Counted from the whole stretch's first letter, positions 40,733 to 53,888 are shown. The stretch is 63,704 nucleotides of DNA, filler included, from Rozella allomycis CSF55 (GCA_000442015.1; 21 parts of 21 records of this genome joined end to end with filler, not necessarily neighbours in it); one strand, 5' to 3'. Notes: generated by a model from the letters alone, not told the origin. A program made the numbers and translations.

Positions 40733-41119
40733 ATAAATNGCGGGTCATTGAGGACGAAGAGTGAATAAATACTATTTTAATAATTGAACTTATTATGACT
40801 TGAAATTAGAAAACAATGGTCTATTTAACATTGTTGTCTGTTTTCTTTGTCATCAATGAGGATACAAAATTTTAAGATGGGACNNNNNNNNNNNNNNNNN
40901 NNNNNNNNNNNNNNNNNNNNNNNNNNNTTAATTAATTAANNNNNNNNNNNNNNNNNNNNNNNNNNNNNNNNNNNNNNNNNNNNAACATTCACACATCATC
41001 ATCCATTAGGAGCTATGTGATCTGTTCAAAACGATACTACTTTAGATGGTTGTATTTGAAGTATAAATAAGCTTAATATATTACACAAAATCAAATAAGA
41101 AAAGTATATTTTTCAAAAT

Positions 41120-41863
41120 ACTTTAAGAAAATTGGTATTGTGAGAAGAACTAGAATTTAAAATAGATTCATTTGATAAAGGAAGTGGAAAGTTTACATTG
41201 TTGATTAGTTTGTTGAGAATAGTTGAAGCTGCTGAAGGAAAGATTTACATTGATGGATTGGATATTTCTACTATTGCTTTGAAAGATTTAAGAAGCAAAA
41301 TTGCTATTATTCCACAGGAACCTGTATTGTTTGTGGGTTCTGTAAGGGAGAATGTTGATCCATTCGAGTCTTGCACTGATGATGAAATATGGAAAGCCGT
41401 TGACGCTGTTCATCTAGGTACTATACTTTTAACTATTTAATCTTTAGGTGATTTTATTAGAAATATGGAGGCTAAATTGGATGTACTAGTTATTGAAAAT
41501 GGTAAAAACTTTTATGTTGGTCAACGCCAATTGTTATGTGTCGCAAGCGCAATTCTCTCCAAAACGCAAATTCTAGTCTTGGACGAAGCAACCGCCGCCA
41601 TTGAGGTTCAAACAGACCAGCTCAGTTAAAACACAATCAAGGAAAACTTTGGCAACTTGACTGCCCTTACAATCGCACACAGACTAAACACAATCATGGA
41701 GTCTGACAAGATTCTCGTCATGGATGCCGGCGTGGCTCTAGAATTTGCTCCACCGTTGTGTCTGCTTGATCGTCCAAACAGTTCATTCGCCGATCTCGTT
41801 AATCAAACTGGGTCGACAACTGCCAAAAAGGTGAGAGAGTTGGCGCAAAAGAAGTATGATTAG
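41120..41863 (+). pseudogene. ABCC/MRP transporter NBD2 fragment, degenerate
   Basis: IIPQEPVLF, VGQRQL, LVLDEATA, TIAHRLNT; damaged Walker A (RRT/SGKF), lost GT donor, in-frame TAA near 41627. Confidence 0.85.
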
Positions 41864-43992
41864 GATAAACGTTTGGGTAAGACTGCTATTCCAGCTGATG
41901 ATCCTGATAATATTTTTCATCTGGTGATCCAAGTAAGGATATTAATATTTCTATAAAGATTCCTTCTGTCTGCTTGAAATGCAAACAGAAACTGTCAAAG
42001 GAAGTGATAATTTATGCAAATGTCGTGGATATGTACGCATNNNNNNNNNNNNNNNNNNNNNNNNNNNNNNNNNNNNNNNNNNNNTTAATTAATTAANNNN
42101 NNNNNNNNNNNNNNNNNNNNNNNNNNNNNNNNNNNNNNNNCATTTACCTTAAAACATAATCAGAGTCATATTAATAAAGTTATTAAAGTATTATTTATAT
42201 AATCTTGTGTCGTCTTAACAGATTGTTTAAAAAAAATCCATGGCCGAGGCGGGTAGATATCTGGATATCTCGGACAATAAATAGAATGTAGAGCAACAGA
42301 GTGAAAATCAAAGCTAAATTCTTCATATAATGCTTGCCTTGATATACTTTATGCATTGCGCTCAAAAATTGTTTCCTTTTTAACTTATTCAAAAACAAGT
42401 CCAAGTTGGAAGTTAGAATAATGAGAAAGACATTAATTAATATTTATGTATTTTTTGACCGGCCAATATAGAGAACTGCTTGCCTGTTCAAACTGGGCAA
42501 ACGAATCGTTGATAGCATTTTGCGGATATTTCAACGTGTTCTTGAAGGATCTGTTGTGTAAAAATTTAATATCCTACCGTGTCACTACCCCGACGCTTGG
42601 CAAACCCTTTGGATGTTTCTATTAGACTCTAAGCTGCGCTAAGCGTCTTTGATTTCCACGACATCATTTTGTCGACCGCTTACCTTGTCATTTTCGGCTC
42701 AATTGTACCGAGATCTTTAAAGTAGGCCCTAAAATCAATTTGCCCGATCTGAAAATAATTTATCGTTCCCGAATTGACCGGGCGATGGTGTAATCTTCAG
42801 CCATAATCATATTTTGAATTTAGAAACCAGTATCTGAGTGTACCGATAACGCAGGTTTCCCCGATGCAGTCACGGCCCTTCCACGTCCATATTGGACCCT
42901 AAGCAATAATCTTTCATATAACCTTATTGTCAACTAAACATTCCCTAGCTTACCGCAAAATAGATGACTTAGACCACCCATAAATATTCCGTGTATTCTC
43001 TGAACATATGCAAGCAGCAGAAGTACTTTGCAACAATTTCGGGACAAACACTTTCTAATGCCTCCCGGAAAGACGGTCGCGGCCTTACTAAACTATTGGG
43101 ATAGCATCATCTATGATTTCCAACTGGCATCCGATTTCATTGTCCCCACGATATAGGTACATGCCACTTACCTGTAATGTACGGGTTTCCCAAAGTTGAG
43201 ACGACAAATTACCCGAAGCAAATACACGGACATCGAAAATTAATAGCCCTTTTACTGTTTACGCTTTTTCTTCAGTCTGGCCATNNNNNNNNNNNNNNNN
43301 NNNNNNNNNNNNNNNNNNNNNNNNNNNNTTAATTAATTAANNNNNNNNNNNNNNNNNNNNNNNNNNNNNNNNNNNNNNNNNNNNACTTGAAACTTAACAA
43401 TGTCAATTCATTTGATTGGAACATTTATTTGAATAAATAAAGAATTAATTAATTTGGACTAGGAATTCCCTTCACAAAACTATTCATTGAAATTATTCTT
43501 TGATCATATTATACTTGCTTTTCTAATAGATTTCTTTATTGTTTTAAGAATTATAATAGATATATTTAATATTTATAAATTCAGTTCCGCTTTTCTAAAC
43601 ACTTGATCACGGGTTTAAATATCATTAACGGCCTGGGATGAAGAATCGAGTTCACCATTCGGGGATGGATCGATCCCCATGTACATTCCCCTTTATGAAT
43701 TGAAATTCATTGAAAACTGACATCTGTATTCTTAAAATATCTGATAGAAGACTGCGCTTTCAGAATAAAATTGCGACAAACGGACGGTGAATGAGAATAA
43801 GTATAATAATATATATTCAATTCCCCATTAGTCATTACTAGTCCAATTTGATTTTTTTCTTACTATTCCTGATGTCTTTTAACCATCATAACTTTGAAAC
43901 ATATTTCCATGGTTTTTAAAACTACAACCACCCACTGCATAACATCCATCCGATCAACTAAATATAAACCATCAACCCTGGTCAAATTTTTT

Positions 43993-46900
43993 ATGGACGA
44001 AATTCTTCCCAAAAAGCAGCACCGATCCAAGCAAAGCGGTGCAAAGCTAAAGAAAAAGCAAAAAAGCACTTCCTCTGAAAACCCGCGAGTAAAAAGTTTA
44101 GATGGATATAAAAGGCATTTGCGTTCCAGAGTGGGCAAAAGGCTGAGCGAGCAGCGCGCCGAACGCTGGATCTGGGGGAGAAGCGTTTGCATGTTCCTAT
44201 GGTTGATAGAACGAGTATGGAGCCGCCGCCTATTGTCGTGGCTGTTGTTGGGCCGCCTGAAGTAAGGTTTGTTGGGTGGTTGAATAGGTTGGCAAGAGCA
44301 CGTTGATTAGAGATTTGGTGAAGAGATATACAAAGCATAATGTGAATGAGATCAAGGGGCCGATTACTGTTGTAGCTGGGAAGAATAGAAGGTTGACGTT
44401 TATTGAGTGTGCGAATGATATTAATGCGATGATTGATGTGGCAAAGATTGCTGATCTTGTGCTGCTGCTTATTGATGCGTCTTTTGGGTTTGAGATGGTA
44501 AGAGTGAAGCGATTGGTTGAGGTAGGAAACATTTGAGTTTTTAAATATCCTGCAGACACATGGGTTTCCAAAAGTTATTGGAGTTTTGACGCATTTGGAT
44601 TCATTCAAGGATAATAAAAAGCAGAAAAAGACGAAAAAGATGTTGAAGCAGAGATTTTGGACTGAGATTTACCAGGGCGCAAAGTTGTTTTATTTGTCTG
44701 GGATGATTAATGGAAGATATTTGAAGAATGAGATTCATAATTTGTCTAGATTTATTTCAGTGATGAAGTTTAGGCCGCTAGCTTGGAGGAATTCGCATCC
44801 GTATTTGGTTGTTGATAGAGTTGAAGATTTGACGAGTGCGGAAAAGATTAGAGAGAATAATAAAGTGGATAGAACGATATCGGTGTATGGGTATGTGCGC
44901 GGAACTAATTTGAAGCCGAATTCCAAGGTGCATATTCCTGGAGCTGGCGATCAAGTGATTAAAGAGATTAGTTTGTTGGAAGACCCATGTCCGTTGCCTG
45001 ATGTGAAGAATAAGGTTACTGGAAAGAAGAGAAGAACATTGAAGGAGCAAGAAAAGTTGATTTATGCGCCAATGACGGATGTAGCTGGTATTTTGTATGA
45101 TAAGGATGCTGTTTATATTGATATTCCAGAGAGAATGATAAGAAACAAAGAGAAGCAATCTGAAGGAGAGCAAATATTGGAAGAGATTGCGAATGTTGGA
45201 GGAACTTTGGATGAACAGATGGAAGAAACAGGGGTTTCAATGTTTAAGGGAGGTGAGAGAGTCAGAAGAAGGGTTACATTTGGAGATGAAGTAGATGAGA
45301 CTGATGAAGAAGAAGATGAAGGTGAAAGTGACGAGGATGAAGAAATTGATGATAACGAACAAATGGATGTAGAGGGTGAAAGTGGTGAAGAAGAGAATGA
45401 AGGCCCTCACAATGACGATGATGATCTTGATAATGAAGAAGTTTTAGACTATGGCGATGACGATGATGAAGATGAAGAGTGCAATGATAAATGGAAAGAA
45501 AATTTTCAACAAATGTTTTCAAAAAAGAGAGTGAATTTGATGAAAATGGTTTATGATGAAGATGAAGCAAGAGGAGAAGAAGATGTAGAAGAAGAAAGTG
45601 AAGAAGAAGAGTTGTTTAAAAAGGCCAGAAAGGTTGTTGATGAAAAGGATCAACTTTTAGATTCCTTCAAGTTTAAATTTAATAAAGAAAAGTATTTTGA
45701 TGAAAATGAGTTGAGAGAGATTGGAAATAAGTTTATTACAGGAAAGAATGAAGAAGATGAAGAAATTTATGGAGATTTTGAAGATTTAGAAAAATCAAAT
45801 GAAGACGAAGAAATTTCAGAAAATGAAAAGATGGAAAGAAAAAGAGAAATTTTAAAGAAAAAGTTTGATGAAGAATTTGATAATAAAGATAAAATAAAGT
45901 TTGATACTTTTTATGATGAAATGAAGAATGAAATGAATCAACAACAACAAAAGAATATTGAAGAATTTAAAGATTTGGATGATCAATCAAAGATTCAATT
46001 GTTGGGATTTTCAGCAGGGATGTATGTTAGAATTGTTATAGAAAATGTTACTTGTGAATTAATTGAACATTTTGACCCTTGCTATCCAATGATTTTGGGT
46101 GGACTTCAAATGAATGAAGAATCATTTGGATTCATTCAAACTAGAATAAAGAAACATAGATGGTTCAATAGAGTATTAAAAACAAATGATCCATTGATTA
46201 TCTCTCTTGGATGGAGAAGATTTCAAACTATTCCAGTTTATTCTATATGCACAGATGGTGATAGAAATAGAATGTTAAAATACACACCTGAACACATGCA
46301 TTGTCTTGCTACATTTTATGGTCCAACTTGCGCTCAAAATGTTGGTTTTTGTGCCTTTCAATCTGTTTCTGATGTTTCTTCTCAATTCAGAGTAAGAGCT
46401 ACTGGGGTTACCCTTGGAATGAACAAATCTACAAACATTAACAAAAAATTAAAAATTGTTGGATATCCAATAAAGATTCACAAAAAAACTGCATTCATTA
46501 AAGATATGTTCAACTCTGCTCTAGAAGTGGCAAAGTTTGAAGGCGCAGTCATTAAATCTGTTTCTGGTATCAGGGGTGTTATTAAAAAGGCTATCAAAAG
46601 TCCAGAAGGTGCATTCAGAGCAACGTTTGAAGATAAAATATTAATGAGCGACATTATCTTTCTTAGAACTTGGTATCCAGTTAAACCCAAGGTATTTTAC
46701 AACCCTGTCACTTCTCTTTTGCTTTCAAACAAACTTTCTTGGAATGGAATGCGTCTATCTTCTCAAGTCAGAAAAGATGACAACATTCCCCTCAAATCAA
46801 ACTCTGATTCAATCTACAAAGTAATCCATTCCATCTCCTTTAATCTTAGAAAATTGAACGCGTTGAAAAGAGATTCAATTCTCTCAAAATTCCAAAGAAA

Positions 46901-47197
46901 TTGCAAGCTGATCTTCCATTTGCTTCTAAACCAAAACTCACCAAAAAGAAACCTCAAAAGAAAGGCTACATGGAAAAGAGAGCCGTTGTTCTCGAATCAA
47001 AAGAAAAGAAAGTCAACGCTGTCATGCAACAATTATCATTCATTCAAAGAGAAAAAGAAAGAAAACAAAAACTTAAAGCCATCGAAGCAAGGAAAAAATT
47101 CATGCAAAAGAAACAAGCGGAAATGGAAAAAGAAAAAGAGAAACACAAAAATAAACTCAAGAGAATTTTCAAAGCTCAGAAACAGAAAAATCAATAA
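43993..47197 (+). CDS. BMS1: Ribosome biogenesis GTPase Bms1 (4 introns)
   Basis: VVGPPEVGKSTLIR, HGFPKVIGVLTHLD, RMLKYTPEHMHC, GAFRATFEDKI. Confidence 0.97.
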
Positions 47198-47308
47198 ACC
47201 TGCATTTTTAAACTTTCAAAGGGATTAGGAATTTAAAAGATTACTCTGGCAATTAAGTCATTAAAATCATTTCTAAAATTAAATCATTTCTATTCTTGCT
47301 TGTTTATT

Positions 47309-48067
47309 TCAATTGTAAATACTATTCTTGTGGCATTTATGCGCATGGTGATACCATGTAGTCAACGAATGTCGTGTAAGCGAATGTATCTGAATCCAAC
47401 ACCTACAATGACCACAAAACCCCTCAATCGTTCCATCTGATTCCTCTCTATATTCCACAGGCTTTTCAAATGACCGTCCATTAGATGCGCAGATACCATG
47501 ATGAAACTGCACGTGATACCTTTTCAGGCAAGTATTAACCCATTACCAATATGCACTATCCTTCAGACACAACCATGTCTCTTTCCTGCAAAATCTACAC
47601 AACCCCTCCTTCTTCGACGCACGATTACGCACCCATCTAGGCGAATACAAATCACCTTCAAATCTCACAGGCTGCTTCCTCCTCTCATCACTCTCAATGT
47701 CCCGCTCCCTGTCCTCACACACATCTCTTTGCAGCCCCACAAACTTCTCCAATCTATCATCCTCATCAATCGACGTCGCCTTTACAGAAACATACTCACT
47801 CAATATCTCCTTGATACACGGCAGATTGCACCTCCCAACACCACCCTTCATTCCCTTCAACTCTGCATTCTCACACACCCCTCGAAACGTTTCACCTTGA
47901 TCGGTTATATTCATGCAATCGGCATGTGAAATTACACCCGCATAGCTGTTCCGGCTCCTGCCGTGAACTTTACTTGACAGTGTCATGTTTCTGTTCAATA
48001 TATTATTCTCACCCCAATTCTCGGTTTTAACTATATATTTCGATCTTTGGCTGGAATATTGGTGCAT
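47309..48067 (-). CDS. Rua1_C/DUF4451-type zinc-binding regulator (1 intron)
   Basis: DLYSPRWVR...KEGLCRFC...WLCLKDSAYWYHVQFHHGI...EGFCGHC...WYHHAHKCH. Confidence 0.8.
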
Positions 48068-48294
48068 GTCAGCAATAAACGCGCTAGATCCGGAATTTCG
48101 GAGTCCACCCTTTTTAATGCAAGCATGAAATACCTAAAGAATTATGTTTCTTTTTGGATTAATTGAAATAATTTTATTTAAATTTAAATTTTAAGAGATG
48201 GATCAAAGGAGTGCGAAATTATATTCCTTAAATAGTAATAATCATGGACTCCGATGGAGAAGTGAGCAAACTATATTATACATCATTTTTTGAA

Positions 48295-48563
48295 TTCAGG
48301 GTAAAAATGATTATTTTTTGAATTTATAAATTTATTAGTGAAGCAAAGCAAAAATGATAACCATCATTTTCTCGTTTGGTGTCTACGCAACATTTCTACA
48401 ACCTTCGCATTACCGAAACAGGAAGCCCAACGAATAGCATAATTGTCATCTGCACTTGGATCAACTCTAGAATCTTCAGACAAAATTTTCACAACATCAA
48501 CATGGCCGTTTTCGGAAGCCCGAATAATAGCATAATTGTCATCTGCACTTGGATCTACTCTAG
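48295..48563 (-). repeat. Duplicate of the ankyrin gene 3' end and UTR (copy of about 48624-48890)
   Basis: Near-identical sequence ttcagggtaaaaatgattattttttg...ctctag. Confidence 0.8.
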
Positions 48564-48692
48564 AAACACAGGCACACCGACAACAGTCAAATCCCTTAAA
48601 GTGAGGGTCAGCAAAATCGTTAATTCAGGGTAAAAATGATTATTTTTTGAATTTATAAATTTATTAGTGAAGCAAAGCAAAAATGATAACCA

Positions 48693-50874
48693 TCATTTTC
48701 TCGTTTGGTGTCTACGCAACATTTCTACAACCTTCGCATTACCGAAACAGGAAGCCCAACGAATAGCATAATTGTCATCTGCACTTGGATCAACTCTAGA
48801 ATCTTCAGACAAAATTTTCACAATATCAGCATGGCCGTTTCTGGAAGCCCAACGAATACAATAATTGTCATATGCACTTGGATCTACTCTAGCATCTGCC
48901 AGAAGAATTTTAACAATATCTGCATAACCGTACACGGATGCACATTGAATAGCATAATTGTCATCTGCACTTGGATCTACCCTAACATCTGCCAGTAAAA
49001 TTTTGAAAACATCTATGTGGCCAAAATGGGCAGCCCGACGAATAGCATAATTGTCGTCTGCACTTGGATCTACTCTAGAATCTTCAAGCAAAATTTTCAC
49101 AACATCTGCATGACCGTTTTCGGAAGCCCGACGAATAGCATAATTGTCGCCTGCACTTGGATCTACTCTAGAATCTTCAAGCAAAATTTTCACAACATCT
49201 GCATGACCGTTTTCGGAAGCCCGAAGAATAGCAAAATTGCCACGTGCACTTGGATCTACTCTAGAATCTTCAAGCAAAATTTTCACAATATCAGCATAGC
49301 CTTTTTCGGAAGCTCGGCGAATAGCACGATTTTGTTTAACACTTGGATCAACTCTAGAATCTTCAAGTAAAATTTTAACAGTATCTGCATGACCGTACTC
49401 GGAAGCATGTTGAATAGCATAATTGTNAATAATTGTCATCTGCACTTGGATCCACTCTAGAATCTTCAAGCAAAAATTTCACAATATCTGCATGGCCATT
49501 ACTGGAAGCAAACCGAATAGCATAATTGTCATCTGCACTTGGATCGACTCCTGACTTCGTCAAANCTGCAAGTAGAATTTTAACAATATCTGCATGACCG
49601 TTCTCGGATCGACGTCGAATAGCGAAATTGCCACGTGCACTTGGATCTACTCTAGAATCTTCAAGCAAAATTTTCACAACATCTGCATAACCGTTTTCGG
49701 AAGCCCGAAGAATAGCAAAATTGCCACGTGCACTTGGATCTACTCTAGAATCTTCAAGCAAAATTTTCACAATATCAGCATAGCCTTTTTCGGAAGCCCG
49801 GCGAATAGAATAATTGTCATCTGCACTTGGATCTACTCTATAATCTTCAAGTAAAATTTTAACAGTATCTGCATGACCGTACTCGGAAGCATGTTGAATA
49901 GCATCTGCAAGTAGAATTTTAACAATATCTGCATGACCGTTCTCGGATCGACGTCGAATAGCGAAATTGCCACGTGCACTTGGATCTACTCTAGAATCTT
50001 CAAGCAAAATTTTCACAACATCTGCATGACCGTACTCGGAAGCCCGAAGAATAGCAAAATTGCCACGTGCACTTGGATCTACTCTAGAATCTTCAAGCAA
50101 AATTTTCACAATATCAGCATAGCCTTTTTCGGAAGCCCGGCGAATAGCATAATTGTCATCTGCACTTGGATCTACTCTATAATCTTCAAGTAAAATTTTC
50201 ACAATATCAGCATAGCCTTTTTCGGAAGCTCGGCGAATAGCACGATTTTGTTTAACACTTGGATCAACTCTAGAATCTTCAAGTAAAATTTTAACAGTAT
50301 CTGCATGACCGTACTCGGAAGCATGTTGAATAGCATAATTGTCATCTGCACTTGGATCGACTCCTGACTTCGTCAAATAATATTTAAAAGGCTTGCTTTG
50401 TCCATTTCTGAGAGATAGTCCTATTGGAAAGTTCCTATCTGCCAAAGGCTCTGGTTTAATATCTTCATCCTCAACACTACAGAGCTTCCGTTTACAACTT
50501 ATCTTCATCACCATGCATTGTAATATATGCAAAAGTCCGTATTGACATGCGAATTGAAAAGCATAGTTAGCAGCATTCTGAGATAAATCGTTTTGTTTCA
50601 TAAAGTTTATAAAACTAACGAACCTTTTAATGTAACCGATCTTGTTAAGGATATCCGAGCACATATCTTTCGTTAACATTTTCCCGCATATGTGTTTGAT
50701 TAGATATTGAATAACATATGGACATTTCCATGAGCTAATGAATTCTGGAGCTTGATGAAGGATCAAGTCAAAGCATAGAGAGCGAATCTGACGTGATGTT
50801 CTAGACATTTCTTTCACATCATTTAGGCTTAATTGCGACAAAATTACCAGCCAAATCTCATTTGGGTAGTGCAT
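48693..50874 (-). CDS. F-box + ankyrin-repeat protein (repeat number unreliable because of N junctions)
   Basis: N-terminal YPNEIWLVILSQLSLNDVKEMSRTSRQIRSLC; many 34-aa repeats RVDPSADDNYAIRRASENGHADVVKILLEDS. Confidence 0.85.
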
Positions 50875-52133
50875 TTTCCAANGTAGACAAAAATGTAAAG
50901 TTGGTTGCTGTAGTAGCATTTGCAGCATCCAGCAATGTCAATGTCAATGAGTAAACTCTTCTATCATCTCTTCTAGGCGGAATAATATTTCCAAATTCAT
51001 CAGTTTCTTTAATTAGCAATGTCCCGCTTGACTGTGATGTCATTCTNAGGTTTCCTTTTCCTTGGTTAAAATTACCCAACTGATTGCCCATTTTCTACAA
51101 AAAAGACTTTATACTTCAAATATAATATTAAAATTAAAGAAACTGAGGAATAATAATATGTAAATGTAAATCAATGTAATGTCAATTTTCTATTGATTAT
51201 CAAATTTGAATGGGCTGTTCATAATTGCCCATATCGATCCAATTATTTTGTCATTTTTGAATTGAATTTCTTGGTAAAATTTATAGTTATCAGGTCAANG
51301 TGTCAATTTTCTATTGTTATCAAATTTGAATGATCGATCCAATTATTTTGTCATTTTTGAAGTTCTTGGTACAATATGTAGTTACCTTTCTTCTATTTGT
51401 AGGAATTAGGGTCACTGGTCAGTGCCATTTTCAGGTCAATATTCTCATCTTGGGTATTCGATCCTTTTACCTTTATCTTGTTTAACACAGTCAATTTCTT
51501 TTTATTCTTTGGGGTAGGGGACGTAACAAAAATTATCCCATAAGCTTGGCGATTGAACATCTTTGATCTGGATCACAAACATTTTCATAAATTGTGGATT
51601 CTTGAATCCTTCTCACAAAGACATCGTCTTTTCTGTTTTGTCCAAAATATAGAAAACTTAACTATTACAATCTTTTACACCTCCAATCGACTAATTTTTT
51701 TATCATAAATTTAGTCGATTCTTCAAGTCGGAATCCAACTTCTAATAGTTTCTATCACTTGGTGACTGGTGTATGGTTACATATTTTGCCAGCCCACAAA
51801 GACTCTTTAATAAGCGCCACTTTAAAGATCTTGTATGGGCGAATTTTTTTTAAAAAAAAGACAAATTCAAACTACACTAAATAGTGTATATTAAGACTCT
51901 CGAGTCTCCTTTATGCCAAGCAGGCAAGCATTTGCCTGTTTTGTTTGTTCTCGATTTACTTTTGCGTCTGTAAATAACATTTTTTGGGTCTAAAGTGTTG
52001 GAAGTGAAAGAGTTAGCAATCCGGCTGCTCTCANNNNNNNNNNNNNNNNNNNNNNNNNNNNNNNNNNNNNNNNNNNNTTAATTAATTAANNNNNNNNNNN
52101 NNNNNNNNNNNNNNNNNNNNNNNNNNNNNNNNN

Positions 52134-53424
52134 TACCGTATTGGGCATAGTCGAAGGATGTGGCTTTGTATCACTTTCAGCCACCAAAACCAGGGTTTGG
52201 TCCTTGGACAAGGGCCTAGAAGTCTTCACGGTAGAATCCAAAATCAAGGAAATTTTTAATAAAACACGTTGCAATAATTTTCTAAATTTGTTTACTCTAT
52301 TATTCTTTTCAAATTTCGCGAATATCGTTATGACTGAAGAAGTTGGCAGTCCTGCACCTTTAGGACCTCTATTTCGTCGTAGACACTATACTATCAAAGA
52401 AAAATTATATTTTATTTCTATTTTAAATAAACCCAAGGTAGAAAGGTCTCCAGAGGAGGAAAGAGCACTACAAGCCATACCCCAGACAAATTTAAAACGC
52501 TGGCGTAAGAACGAAAACAAGTTTTTGGATGTGGAAAATAAAAGAACTAAAAAAACATTCCATAAAGGACGCAAACCAAAACATGAAGATATCCATAATC
52601 AAATTTTGGAACTAGTGAATGATTTAAGGTCGTCTTTAATACCCATTAGTTGCACTGATCTAACGGAAATCGTCCGCGGACAATTTTCAAACCAGCTGGG
52701 TAATTCAACTTCTGAAGGTGTACGTACTATGCTACGTAGGTTGTTGAAGAAAAATAATTATGTGAGGCGACGTGTGACCAGTCATACCAGACCCGAAGTG
52801 CATGTAGATTTAGAGGAACAAAAGGCAAATTACATCGCATTTATTAAAAATGTATTAGAAGATGTATCACTTCTAAAGTCTATCCCTTTAAACAATATTT
52901 TTATAATCAATGCGTAATCATATTTTGTAAATTTCGAAAAGGGATCAGACTGCTGTTTTTTTTGAAAACATTCCGAAATACACATTGTCGAAACTCGGAG
53001 AAAAGAATCCAAGAGCATTTACTTTAGGCTCATCAAAAAATAGATTAACTGCTATGTGCACAATTGTAAATAATGTTTCTTCTTTTACAACTCGTCTGCC
53101 AAATATTGCAAATGATGAAGGTAAGTAATCTAAATAAATTTAATTATTATTTTTACCTCTATTAATTTCACAACGTTCACCTGTAGACAAGATTGATGTT
53201 GACCTGCGAAAAATTACCAGGTCGCCTTCTTTAATGTCTTCCCCACACGAGTTTTTGCCTTTGGTGGCACAAGGGGCACAAAGGCGACCATTTCCTGGAT
53301 TTTTAAAGCCATAAAGTAAAACTTTGCCCGACATAACCTTAGACTCGGACCCTTCACTTTTGGTGGCTTGGGACACAGTATAGTCCTTAGACAAGAACGT
53401 CCCTCGACTACGCCCAATACGGTA
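52134..53424 (+). mobile_element. pogo-like Tc1/mariner DNA transposon, internally deleted, TIR to TIR
   Basis: 28-bp TIRs (52134-52161 and 53397-53424, 25/28 match) starting TACCGTATT; encodes HTH and CENP-B-type HTH transposase N-terminus. Confidence 0.88.
52330..53120 (+). CDS. pogo-type transposase, truncated after the first catalytic Asp
   Basis: RRHYTIKEK, NLKRWRK, GRKPK, RRRVT; removing the 28-nt intron 52914-52941 gives NADQTAVFFE...GSSKNRLTAMCTI. Confidence 0.85.
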
Positions 53425-53524
53425 NNNNNNNNNNNNNNNNNNNNNNNNNNNNNNNNNNNNNNNNNNNNTTAATTAATTAANNNNNNNNNNNNNNNNNNNN
53501 NNNNNNNNNNNNNNNNNNNNNNNN

Positions 53525-53888
53525 ATTCAAGTCCTCGCAGATTGCTTTAAAATAGAATGTCTCTTGTCTCTTCAAAATAAACTAAATCAATCAATCTCTT
53601 TGGCTGATTTACAGTCAAGCTTAAATGATATCAAAAACTCAAAGGATTTGGATAATTCTCAAAGAATTCAAAGAGTAACATTCTTCTGCTTACCTTTACA
53701 TAGCTGGAATCTCTTACATTTAAAACTAAAATAGAAAATGATGAAAATGACGAAACTGATCTAGTAGTTCCCAGAAAGAGAAAGAGTCTCGCAAGGTCCA
53801 AAAACTTTGCATTGTGCGAAGAAGAAACTTACACCAGATCTAAAAGAAAAAAGTCAAATGTTTCATACAATGAACTCTCTTCAAGTTA
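53525..53888 (+). CDS. 3' fragment of a coiled-coil protein with a basic tail (possibly shugoshin-like)
   Basis: One 29-nt intron; ends RSKRKKSNVSYNELSSS followed by TAATAAA. Confidence 0.35.

Noticed and set aside
43748-43770. aagactgcgctttcag resembling the U3 snoRNA 5' end
   Set aside because: Box A (GGATCA) and downstream U3 boxes are not present
48700-50370. 102-bp tandem repeats as a CRISPR array; plus-strand ORFs with CTWIYSRIF repeats
   Set aside because: These are coding ankyrin repeats on the minus strand with no unique spacers; the plus-strand ORFs are antisense shadows
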